Shown piece by piece: positions 12,666-24,617 of a DNA stretch of 64,000 nt. The stretch lies in NCBI GenBank assembly GCA_010015805.1, contig ML978122.1, positions 840,453-904,452 of the forward strand, read 5' to 3'. The notes below the pieces were generated by a model. That model made no database searches. It saw only the letters and a program-made list of their open reading frames with translations, and was not told the origin of the DNA. Numbering within the stretch: position 1 is the stretch's first letter; each line of letters opens with the position of its first letter. The DNA comes from Rhizodiscina lignyota (Eukaryota). The translations under genes and the position numbers were made by a program.

Positions 12666-13293
12666 TCACCTGCTGATTTGCGTCACATTTGGTTGAAGCT
12701 GGGGTCCGTTCGATGGCTTTGGTAACTTTGTGTAAGTTTTGGAGACAAATACACATGGCCTTGGACTTTTGTGTTACCCTGCCTTGTGGCGCGCAAGCGA
12801 CTCCTCGTAGGCTGTCTAGGCCTACTCTGAGGCCCTAAGCCGAGCCTGGGTCTCCTCCAGCCCATCCTCCCAGCCTTCGATGATTTTGTGCTGGATACGG
12901 GTCTCCTTGAACATACCGGCCGTTATGCGTTATACCGCCTCAAGGATTCGAGAATTGACAGCAGCTTGTCCGGGTGCAGCTGCCGACATCTGATCGATAG
13001 AAGAGCCTAGGCTACCGAGCTGTGCGTTCAACATGTCTACGTGAAATTTAGTATGTCAAAACTGAGATGTTGGTCGCGGTGATGAGCAGGCTTATTGCAT
13101 CTGTGTCGCTGCGGAGCTGTAGTGTATGTCATTTGCGAGAATCTCGCGTTCAGCGTGTGGTTAGGACCTGCAGCAGCTCCTTCTATTGATCGATGGCGGC
13201 TTTGGCGGCGCTGAACAGGGCTTGACTCTCCTCCGAGTGGATCTCGTGTTTGTGGGCAGCCGCCGCGTGTTCACCTGCTGTAAGGGACTACAT
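12666..13293 (-). pseudogene. Gene for a helical/coiled-coil protein, inactivated by RIP-like mutations
   Basis: M*SLTAGEHAAAAHKHEIHSEESQALFSAAKAAIDQ*KELLQVL..., then an intron remnant (CTAA..TAG acceptor at 13037, no intact GT donor), then MLNAQLGSLGSSIDQMSAAAPGQAAVNSRILEAV*RITAGMFKETRIQHKIIEGWEDGLEETQARLRASE*A*TAYEESLARHKAG*. Confidence 0.65.
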
Positions 13294-16187
13294 CTTGAGT
13301 GTTTGTAGAAGAGATGATATCCCGAAGAAAGGCTTGTAAACTGAATGCAGTTGATTGATGAAGACGAAGAAGGAGAGAAAGCGGATAATGTTGTGGTGTT
13401 CAAAGTTGAAAGAAAGAAAGATCGTCGCGACTTCCTCATGATGCGCACCTTCATCCACGACATGCCCCTTTCCAGGCCGCAACCACGCCGAAACATCATA
13501 TCCAACATTGCAGTACATCACATAATTTCAATTAAATTGAAAGCTTACGCTCATTGCAATTGGAGAACGCATTTTGGAAGATCACGGCAGGAGGCAGAAA
13601 GATGCTCTATCGGGCTATTGGACGGATTGGAGTCTTCACTGAGTGACGTCCACTGCCGAGACGGCATTGCCCACGGCCTTTCTATTTCTCGTACCGCGAT
13701 ATGATCAACCCCCTTTCTAGACAGGCGAGTACCTAAATCGGTCCGTCATTCGATCCATCCTCTCTTGTGACGCTTTTCTTTTCCTTTCCGAGGTCGTCCT
13801 ATGTGGTCATGGCTCCGACGGGGTTATAACCCGGAGACGTTCCAGCCGAGAAATTCGAGTCATGGCACTGGCGATAGGATTCGTTTCACTTCCCACTGTG
13901 CTGTTTCGTTCTGGTGACATCCTTTGATAATGCAGGAGCACCGAGAGTCTAGAATGTCATTCCTTCGTTCGATTGAACCGTGCCTTGGCCCTTGACCAGC
14001 AACCTGGCACCTCGTTCTATACTGCCGACTTCAGACATGATGCAATTCGAAGGCCCAAGGCACGGAAGTGAGGTTCCAGCGCCCAAGAAAGGCGCCTGCA
14101 AGAAGACGTAGTGCGCGCTGTCCCTGACTCGGCCGCTCTCAAAGAGAAGAAGATAGGAATGCCGGTTCAGATCGGACCCCATTTTTTTTTTTTGTTGGAG
14201 TGCACAAATTACCGCTTGACCAAAGATGATGGGTTGTGAGCCAACATTGCCTGCACCTCGACGGTCCGCAAGGTCGGCTGCAGCAGAACAACCGCGCTCT
14301 TAGCTCTTAATTTCTTACGTACTTGGGCAATTTTGGGCAGGTTCTAAAGCACAGTTCAGGGATGCACGAATCAGCACCGATCCCAGATGCCTGGGATGGC
14401 TCTGACAGAGGACGGGTCCTTCCCCTGACCCAAGAATCCGGCCTGGAATTCGTCTACACGAGTCGCTCGACGGAGGATTCTTCGCATGCGAACATCCTTA
14501 AGGCTCTCTTGCCAAATGTTTAGGAAGACGCATTGTGCGTGTGGTGAAGGGGGACCCTGATCGGGACGCATCACGCGTTTGTTGCGACCGTGGCTTTCTC
14601 GAAACATGTTGGAGTTGACAGGCTGCAGGAGCCAAAAGCAATTTGCAATCAAAGCCCGCAGGCTGGGGGAGAGGCTTCAGGCTCTGCTGAAGAAGCGGCC
14701 TCCCAGCTCTAGCGCCACCACCGGCCAGTCGCCCGGATCCAAAACCAAAGGCTGACGGGGAAAAAGAAATGGACACCATGCGAAAGTGGAGTCTGGAGAG
14801 CGTTTGACATGTCGACAATTGGAATCTGCCGTGGATCTGACCGAGTCACACAGCATCCGTTGACCTGCAGTGCTGATCCGTTCAAGCTTCAGCGCTGCAT
14901 CGCAGAGCAGCGTGCTGTGATCTATCGAGATGCCCGAAGCACAGAAGCTTCCGGGCCGTAGATTTTCAGTCTGATCGTCGGCATTGTCCGCGGTCGTCCA
15001 CAACCACGCTGCGGATGAAATGGCTAGCGGGTGGCGCCATCAGACGAAGGGCCGCGATGGCTAACGAACTAACTACAGACGCCACGATGCGGCCCTAAGT
15101 CCCCTCTGCGCCAGTGAGCGCGTTGATCATTCATTCGGCTCCACGGGAGCTTTCCGCGCCCTGTGCCCGCGTCGGTTTCGGCAGGGTTCGCTTCTTTAGC
15201 GTGTGTATTTTTGAGCCATGCCAGCTCGTGCTGGAACAGGCGAGTTTGTCGGCAAACCGCTGCCACTCTTGCACGGGCAGCTTATCAACGGGGAGCGTGT
15301 AGGGCATCGAGGCGTGATGGCATGAAGCACATGGTGGCATGGGGGCTCGCAGGCCGGGCCTGGCAGGCTGGGGCATTGCGCAGCACGGAGCGTCGCTCGC
15401 AACGTCCTCGCGGATGTCGAAATGCTGCCAAACTCCACTCTCCATGAAGCTAGACAAGCTACAATTATCCGCAAGCCGTGTGCGCTGCGACGTGAGTGAG
15501 CTCGGCCGCCGTCCACTAATAAATACGCGACCACCTCACTTGCAGCAGCCATCTGCATCGGCCACTCCCCTTTCTGCGTGCGTACCTTGCTGCTGTCACC
15601 GGCCGCTCGCTGGACGATCATCGCGGCTTGTCGACCCAACGTACCGTTAGGACGAACGACTAGAAGAACATCGCTCAGCAGCGCGCAGCTCGCCCTTTGC
15701 CGGACGCAGCGAGACCGACACCGGGCCCTGCTCCGCTCGAAACAGGCATCCACTCACATCTCACCCGCCCACGCCAAGCCCCGCAGACCCTGCGAAGCGT
15801 ACCGTACAATAGGGCCACCTGCCTCCAATACCACCGTTGTCCCGCATTTTGGCCGCCCCTCCCTCTCTTCAATAGCCGTTCCGCCAGCAATTGTGCCTCC
15901 CAGCCTGCATTCCTATCCTTCTGGTGATGTCGACGCTGCATCGTCGCTGGCTTCCTGTGCTCGTGCTCTGAGCGCTCTCGCGGCCGCCGTCTTCTTCACT
16001 GCGAAAAGGTCCGTATACAGCCAAGCCGTCCCCGGCCCCCAGCAAACAAACGCAAGCGAACCGAGATCGTCTCTGCTGCAATTTGGCCAATAGCTAGTTC
16101 GTAGCTAACACCTCCAGCTTTTCCTTCACTCTTTGATACCCCAATCCTTCCTTCCGACGCCCCTTTAACGACCCTTCTCTCTTCCTC

Positions 16188-17473
16188 ATGGCTCCTGGCA
16201 TAATGTGTTTTGGCAAAAAGGTTGACGATCCGCTCGCGCGGCGGAATGAGGAAATCGAGAAGATGATTCGCGCAGACAGAAAGAGGGCGGAGAAGGAGGT
16301 GAAGCTGCTGCTGCTGGGTAAGAGAATTGTGTGGCCAGTGTGAGCGCGACCGGCTAACTCGACGGCGAACAGGCGCTGGAGAGAGCGGCAAGTCCACAGT
16401 CCTGAAGCAAATGCGCATCATACATACCGGCGGCTTTTCCAAGATGGAGCGCAAACAATGGAGAGTCATCATATTCAGCAACTTGGTCAACGCATTCCAA
16501 ATACTGCTCGCCGCGATGGACGAGCAAGACACGGAATTCGAGGACGAAGACAACTTCGTATGCTTCCCTGTGCCAAAGTGATCGACATCAACTAACTGAC
16601 TCGCGTAGCACTGGGCAGAACTCATCATGTCCGATCCTGATATTGCGCCTGACGAGCCCATGCCACTGGATTGTCTGAATGCTTTCAACAGCCTGTGGTC
16701 AGACAAGGGCGTACAACTTGCCATGCTCAAGGGCAACGAATATGCGCTGCACGATAACTTGTCATAGTATGTTTCCACATTTGCTTTGTAAAACCATCAT
16801 CTGACAGTTTCAGCTTCTTCGCCGATTTGGACAGATTGTTTCAAATGGACTACATGCCCACAGACCAAGACATTCTACGGACAAGATTACGAACCACCGG
16901 AATCAGCGAGACGACCTTCGATTTGGGAAACCTCATCTACCGCATGTTCGACGTCGGTGGTCAACGTTCAGAACGTAAGAAGTGGATACACGTCTTTGAC
17001 AATGTGCAAGTCGTGCTCTTCTTGGCAGCAATAAGCGGTTATGACCACGCGCTGGTTGAAGATCGCAATGGCGTATGTTCACATGTCTGCCCTCCATTAA
17101 AGTGAGATACTCACCGACCTTGTAGAACCAAATGCACGAAGCCCTGATGCTTTTCGAATCCATCTCCAACTCACGTTACTTTGAACGATCCGCTCTCATC
17201 CTCTTCCTCAACAAGATCGATCTCTTCCGCGAAAAGCTATCATCGGGCATGTCACCCATCAACAAACACTTCCCGGACTACTACGGCAAATCAACGGACG
17301 TCGCTGCTGCGAGCGAATTCTTCGCAGACAAGTTCCGTAACCTCGTCCGACAGCCCAATAAGGAGATCTACGTCCACTACACGAATGCTACGGACACCGA
17401 TTTGTTGAAGAAGACGATGGATTCCGTGCAAGACATGATAGTGCAACGGAATCTCACCCAATTGGTATTATAA
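16188..17473 (+). CDS. Heterotrimeric G-protein alpha subunit, fungal group II (GNA-2/GanA/MagC type)
   Basis: KLLLLGAGESGKSTVLKQM, RLRTTGI, DVGGQRSERKKW, FLNKID, TNATDT; MCFG-type N terminus without a myristoyl Gly2 (second ATG at 16203); four introns. Confidence 0.93.
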
Positions 17474-18808
17474 GTTACTCATATGGTCCTTACTACCTCA
17501 GCCTCCCCCGCCCGCCCCTTCAGCTCTTGTTTCTTACAAGCTGTCCAGCTCTTCGAGCCTATGCCATGAGACGACGAACGACTGCCACGCGCGTCGCGTG
17601 GCGAGCGGGGCACTCATGCATTGGCTATCACACTTCGATTCTTCCACTTGTGCTATATATTACGCGTCCCACGATTTTCCTTTTTTTGGTGCACACATAC
17701 ACTTCAGCTTCAAAAGATGGCGATGGTGGCTGCACTAGGCGATGAGGCACTCTGGGAAAAGGGGCAAATGTTTGCTGACGAAAATGGTATTGGATGACAG
17801 GGCATTCTCGTCGAAGAATGAATTGCATATTGCGTTCTTACTGCTCGTACCTCAAAACCTCCTCTGCGCTGCGCTACTACTTTGCATCTTTTTGGTTACG
17901 CCACACTTCCAAGATCAGATCCTCGTTACACTACTTGCGATGCACGCGACCAAAGACGTCCCTTGCCGTACGATTCGCGTATTCGATTGTACATACTTTT
18001 TTGGCTACGAGAGAGAAGAAGAAAAACAAGAAAAAGAAATTCGCATTTCTCCACCAATGCGTTTTGGGGCATTTACCGTGGATTTGGATCGGACGAAACC
18101 CCCACGCTACTACCATTCGCTACTATTATTATGGGGCCGAGATTCGCTGTGGTCTGGTCAGAACTTTGATCCGGCATCGCCGCTTGATCGCAAGATAATT
18201 GTCTGACTTTTACCATCGAGCTGGTCGAGCTGGTCCGCCTCTGTTTGATGAGCCGACTCAGCGCAAGGTCCAGAGGTGTAAAACAGTCGTCGGGGTCCCA
18301 TGTTTTGCTTCGGGGATTGCTAGGCGAGGCGTCCAGGGTTCGGGTGAAGAGCATGGGCCAATACGAGGGACATCGCTGTCGAAACGGTGGAGAAAATTGG
18401 GGGGTTGAATCCGTATGTAAAGGTCAATGCTTGCTGCGGGTTACACAGACTTCTTCTCTCGAAGAGTCAAAGTGTCCGGATTTAAAAAAAAAATTAAGCA
18501 AACAAGATTCGCGGATACGAAGCAGTTATGCATGCAGAAGAACTTGTCTCCGAGTGGTCAGAACGCAAGATTTGCTATGTCAAGGTTTTTTGGGACCAAT
18601 TTGGGTTGGATGTTTGAGATTACGAGCGAATGTTATGATACAGTTCCACAGTTCTGGTTGAATGAACCCCTGACTATTCCCCTCTGGCTTCCTTAAACGC
18701 CAAACGCTATGCAGTGTGCCTATGTCTTTTGTTCAACCGTAAAAATGCCCATGTAGTTTTCTGCCGGACCTCACTCCGGAGAGACTTCGCTTCGCACAGA
18801 ATTCGTTA

Positions 18809-21800
18809 TCACGACGCCTCAGCGCTCACACGCCCAGCCTCGCCTTCGGGTTTAGCTTCAGCACCTTCACCCTCGCCGTCACCTTCCATCTCGTCATCGC
18901 TGCTCTCCCAGCCTTCTTCGACGTTGGCCAGTTTCCGCAGTATCTTGTTCTCCTGCTTCAGCCTTGCGACTCGCTTGACTGTCTTTGTTCGCCCATCGCC
19001 TTCCTCCCTCAACGCGAGCCGAACCCATTCCGCCACCCGTCCGAGTCCTGCCTGCCATTGCTGCTGCTCCAACCGCATGTCCATCTTCTCCGCGCGCTCC
19101 TGCGCAATGATTGCGTTATAATGCTTGTGCAGTGCCAGCGTGTGGTCGGTATGGGAATGCGCGTAGGGTCGGATCTTCTCGATTATCGTGGCGAGTGCGC
19201 CCTCATGCTCCTGCAGCAGATTGCTGTATGCGTTGTTGGAGTCTTGTAGGGTGGCTATCTGGCGGTTCGCAGCGGAGAGCTCATTCGTGAGGCGCGCGAC
19301 GGAGGCGGCGTTTTGGGAGTTGCTGAGTTCGGCGGAGGCTGATGCGATGGTTGGTGAAGTGCCTTCTTGCGCGGCGCGGACCTGATTGTGCTCCCATGTT
19401 AGACATGTCGTGTTCCCATTGCAGTTGGTGTGACGAACCTGTAGCCGCTGAACAGCGTCTATGAGCGAGGAGACATGATTCCGATTGTTCGACAGCTCCT
19501 CGCTCAACTGTAGCACTAGGTTGTACAGAATGTTGATGTCCATCTGCTGGCCCGCCTGGGGCAGGCCGTTCAACATGTTGACGTTGGCCACTCCAGCAGG
19601 CCCAACGACGCCGTTCGCACCTTGATGCTGCTGCATGACTCCGGCGGGCGAGGGCTGTCGAGTTATATTACCGCCGACTACTCCGCCTCCGCTCGGGTTG
19701 TCGAGAAAGGCAGGGAAATAGTTGACCGAGTCTGCCGCGGCGGCACCACCGCGCATGTTCACGTTAAAGTCGCCTTGGCTCCCTTTAGCTGCAGCGGCGG
19801 GATCAGCCTGGCCGTCGTCGTGTTCGCTGTCGTGTGCTTTCTGGCCGCTTTCTGGTGCAGGGTCGGCGGCTCCGGATGTTGGTTCGTTGTTCGACTGTGC
19901 GGAATCGTGCCGGTTGGTGGAGGTGGTCTGCGGGACGGGGATGGGTGTTGGAGGTGCGGGACGCGCTTCGTCTATTGCTCCATTGTTGGACACTTTAGGT
20001 GCAGGATCCACGCGTTCTGATCCTTCGTGAGGATCTGATGAGAGGTGTGAGGCTCCTTCGTCTGTTGTCTGTTCGTGAGCTACACAGCATGTTAAGCACT
20101 GGGGCAGCAGGGATGAGACGACGGAACTTTCCGCGAGCCGGCGTACCTCCAATATGAGAAGCAGGACGACGTGCCTCCAACTCCTTCGCTGCTTTGCGTG
20201 CCACTTTTCGCCCTTAATTCCATATAATCAGTAATAGCACAGCCAAGATCAAAGCTATGATTGGAATATAGAAGCGCTTGAAAGAGGGGGATGCAGATGT
20301 GCACCCACGATGATGATTCGAGGCCACATGTCTTAGCTCTGCCTTTCCTTCAAAACCACCATAGATGATCTCGCATCCTTCTTCTGTTATGTTGTCGCTC
20401 CCATCCGAAGAATCAGGGCTTTTCTCTTTGGTTCCGTCCAAATCACCGACTTCTCCAGCGCCAGAAGACAATGATCTTGGCTCCGTCCGCGTCGGCTGCT
20501 TGGTTTGAATCAGGCCAGAGACGGGCAGATCATGCCTGGTATGAGGACTCGACGGCTCAAGCCCCTTCAACTGATCCATGGCATTTTTGAAAGCATGATC
20601 GAGTGCTGCTGCTCCCATCGGCGACGGCTCGTGCCTACGTTTTTCGTCTTGCATTGTCGGTGCGGGCGTTGAGAAGTACCTGGGCTTCCAAGGTTGCGGC
20701 GAGAGCCTTTCATCAGATGCTTCCCTTACCTGACGCCTGCTCCCTGCACCATCCAGTGAAAGGGGGCTGATGGGGGAGAGATCTTTGGTCTTTGGTGCCA
20801 AAGCCGAACCAGTGTGCAGCCGGGAAGGTCGCGCTGAGTCCTCCCAGTCAACCTCGCTGAAAGGGCCTATTATTCGCGGAAGAGGGCTGGCATCCTTCTC
20901 TAGAGAAGCTGATGGAACATGCTTCTTTGCAGCAGCCTTCTTTGTAACAGTCTCTGCAGCAGCCTTTGCGGCAGCCTTCGCGGCGGCCTTCTTAGCAGCA
21001 GCCTTCTTTGTGGAGCCAGCAGGAGGCTTCGTAGGGGTCATCCTCAAAGAGTCCGATAAGCGTTCCCTTACTTTGGGCGTTCGGCTGCGCTCTCTTTTAG
21101 ACGAACCTTGCTCTGCCGGACGGCTATGCCTTCTCCCTCGAAGGGGGAGTTTTCCAATCTCACTGTCTCCGAAAAGCGCCTCATTGACAATGCTGTCATC
21201 AAATGCTAGTTCGTCTGGATAGGGCTCATCAAGTGCTTCGGGACGGCCGAGAGCTTTGAGACCGCGCTCTAATCCGCCCTTCGCGAAGATCGTGCCGGAT
21301 TTCGGGTCGTCCCAGTCCACTATCTTGACGTCATGTACCGTTCTCCTGGGTGGCTTTTTGGTCTTGGATCCCGCATGTGACACACTATCTTCCTTCCGCT
21401 CTTTGCTCATGCTCAATGTTCTTCTCGGTGTTCTCCTCGGGCTGCGTGCAAGCACCTTTGGAGACCTTGTCCGCACTGGCCGCTTTGGCTTTGTGATGCG
21501 CAAAGGACTTATTTGACGCTTTGATGATTCACATCGCTGTAGCGGTACTTCAAATGCTCCCATATCATTCATCCTTGCGTCTTGCACGGCGTTGTAGATT
21601 TCGATGGCCTCCCGCACCTCGCGACGAGTCATCTCTTCTGGCCTTGAAGTATAGAGCTCTTCAGGGTCATCGACTTCCAATTCATCGTTCCCCTGCAGGT
21701 TCCAATAACGAGATCCTCCACGAGCTTTGAGCTCATCGAGTGTATCGCGGTCCATTTCCTGAACAACAGAATCGGCGCCGCTTTCCGAGCTACTAGAGGA

Positions 21801-24288
21801 ACTTGACAGACTCGGAGCATCTCCATCTGGATCGACAGCACCTCTGTGGTTCTCGAACGGTATTTTGAGCTTTTGCTTTTTTCGCGGAGACGAAGGCTCG
21901 TCAGTGTAGTGATCCGTAGGACTATCTGACCGTTTCCGCGCTTTCGCATTGTAGTATTCCAGCAAGGCTCTCTGTTGATCATAACCATGCGCAAGATCAT
22001 CATTCGAATTCTCGTCGTTAACCATATCGACAACCTCGTCGCCATTGTCGTCGGAACGCTCCACTGGCCCAGCATGGTTTGGTTGAAGAGAATTCTGGAT
22101 GGCATCTTGCATCTCGCGTTCCAAATCGGAATTCTCGTCTCCGTCATCGTCGACCTGCATCAATGACAAAGCCGCATTCGCTGTTCTTTGCAGGTCGTAC
22201 CCAAAAGTATCGCTTTCTTGGGATAGTTCTTCATCAGACATTTCAGCGTCTTCTTCGTCAGCGTTTTCGATACATTTCGAACTTCTCTTTTCAAGCGGGC
22301 CTGGATTCTGGTATCGGAGGAAGCGATCCTGCATATCCTTCATCTCTGACATTGCTCGGGCAGCAGCCTCTTTGGCACGATTCTTTCTGGCCTCATCGAC
22401 TCGACGAGGAGACTTTTTGAGAATGCCTTCAAAGGGTTTGGCTTTGAGGCTAGTTTTCGCTTTCTTGGCCTTAGCGCTAGAATTCGACGGCGCGGCCTCC
22501 GACAGTGGAGCATTGGACGGCCCTGAGGATTCGTTCCAGTAGGGATATTGAGCTATGAGTCTTGATTCGGCCATCGCTCTTTCGAGATCATGCCGAAATT
22601 CTGCATCGTCCTCTTCCGGCTCTGGCGATGGGGATGGGGTTGGACTTTGGTAGATGGCCTTTCCTTTTCCCTTGTCAGGCTTTGGATTTTCTTCTCTGGC
22701 TTCACCGTCAAGACCGGCTGTGACTATTGATTCTGCGATGGCTCTTTCGAGATCACGCTGGTAATCACCCTCCAGTGGACTGTCGGAGTCTTTTGAGCTC
22801 AGCGAAGGGGTTGGAGATTGGAAAACGACTTTCCCCTTGCCTTTGTCGGGCTTTGGTGCGTATTCTCTAAAATCAGGATCAAGGCCAGCCATGAGTCTTG
22901 ATTCTGCTATCGCCCTCTCGAGATCACGCCGATAATCACCGCCCAGTTGTTCTTCCATGCTCTCCTCCGTCGGTGGCGATGAGGGTGGACTTCCCAATAT
23001 CGTCTTTCCTTTTCCTTGGTCGAGCTTTGGTGGCTCTTTTCTCGCCTCGCCGCCATCTTCATCTTCATCAGAGTCTGCGTCGTAAGGGTCGTCCACCGCG
23101 AGTGCCATACTAGATCTGTTTGCGTTGTGCAGCGCCCATCGGCGAAGCCGGGCTTCTTCCTCCCTCTCGTAGTCGCCTTCATCTTCTCCGTCTGGCAGAA
23201 GGCCGTCCTCTTCTCCACGTATACCCATCCGAGCGGGCGGTCTGGAAATGGGACCCTGGCAGATATCGGGCATCTTCTCATCGTCTCCGACCACTGGTTC
23301 CATAAAGTGCGTCTTGGGCGATTGACTCCTTTTCAATACGCTAACTTGCTCCTCCTCAGCCGCCTGCTGGTACTGGTCATCTACCTCGTTAACTTTATTG
23401 ATGATGCGCACTTTATCTCCCCGGTGTTTTGGATTAGCTGAGACCCCGAGGTCTGCCACGAGCTCGATTCTTCTGATCTGCAAAAACTCTTTCACAACTT
23501 CAGACTCCATTGCTTTGTCTTTCTCCTCATCGCTCAGCGGCAGTGCACCCATCCTGGCCTGCTCCAACAATTCATTCTGGTCTTGTTTCGGCGACTCGTA
23601 GAGCTTAGACTCGTCATATGCTGGATAGTCTGGTATCGTATACCCGTTCATTTGGCTCGCCCACTGCTCATAATGTGCCTTCCCTTCTTTCCAGAATTTC
23701 TCGACAATCTCCCCGGGTAGAGCCGCGTCGCGGATTGCATTGATTCTTTGCTCTTTCAGTCTCTCCGTGTGATGATACCTATCATCGCGCAGGTCTTCCG
23801 CAACCTTTTTGACCTTTCCATCTATTTTGCGCATTTCGAGGAGCTCCGCTTCTGTGTACTGGCGGCGGGGACGAACTGGCTCCGGTGATGGCTCGACTTC
23901 TTCGAACTCCAACTCCGGCGGTCTTGGGGAAGGTGGTGGTCTTCGGCGAGGAGGTGGAACGTGATCCCAGAAATCGATGCTTTCATTTACGTCTTCAACC
24001 GCGCAGGCTGATGAGTCTTCGACTGTACCGTCACCCGCGTTGGGGCTCTCGGATTCACTGGGCTCCTGCTGGTGGTGTTCTTGGACGACTGTCTCCTCTC
24101 CGCTGCTGACGAAGTCCTCAGCACTTGACGAGTGCCGAAGTTTACTCCCGCCACTGGGGGTTCCCTTTCTTTTTTTGAAACGATTGTGCCTCTCGGAAGA
24201 CTATTGTAGGACTTTGGTTAGCGGCTTGCATAAAAGGCTTGCATAGATGCCTTGCGTCCTCCCTCAGTGATGAACTACTTACCCCCAT
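18809..24288 (-). CDS. Large disordered protein with UIM-like repeats and a C-terminal SIKE/SCI1-like coiled coil (one gene of about 1725 aa, or two adjacent genes)
   Basis: Proposed exons 24288-24283, 24200-20309, 20212-20147, 20079-19439 and 19381-18809 total 5178 nt and stay in frame with no internal stop. The C-terminal LLQEHEGALATIIEKIRPY resembles the SIKE-family motif. Confidence 0.65.
22545..23027 (-). repeat. Three tandem coding repeats of about 57-58 aa (DKGKGK..SPTPS..DLERAIAES)
   Basis: KLDQGKGK..DYRRDLERAIAESRLMAGLD / KPDKGKGK..DYQRDLERAIAESIVTAGLD / KPDKGKGK..EFRHDLERAMAESRL; the repeat is also visible in the DNA. Confidence 0.9.
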
Positions 24289-24617
24289 ACTGATAATGCA
24301 ACGACAGTGTAAAAGTGTTAAACGAGAGATGCTCGAAATGATAGTGATGCGAATTCGCAGATATAATATTCAGCGAAAGATGATTGCTCATTGATGTTTG
24401 GGAGAGGAGCAGACAAGACAAGGAATAGAAGAAGACTATGCTTACTGTTGAGAGGCGCACTTACTCTCGACAAAGGGCTGGTAAGAAGGAGCTCTTCGCA
24501 CAGCGGTAAACAATTCGCAGGCACATTTACCAAACGATTATAATAATGACTGCGATTTCTTTCATTTACATTTCTTTCGTGAATTATTTGCTCTTATTTA
24601 ATTCGTTTATTCAACCA

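Noticed and set aside
14300..16100. Many short overlapping ORFs
   Set aside because: GC-rich upstream DNA with no motifs, consistent splice pattern or coding-like composition.
17527..18700. ORFs between G-alpha and the SIKE-like gene
   Set aside because: Low-complexity A/T-run sequence typical of convergent 3' UTRs.
20214..20216. TAA read as a nonsense mutation or readthrough site, since the frame continues as GRKVARK
   Set aside because: A 96-nt intron with donor, branch site and acceptor explains it more simply, though this is not fully excluded.
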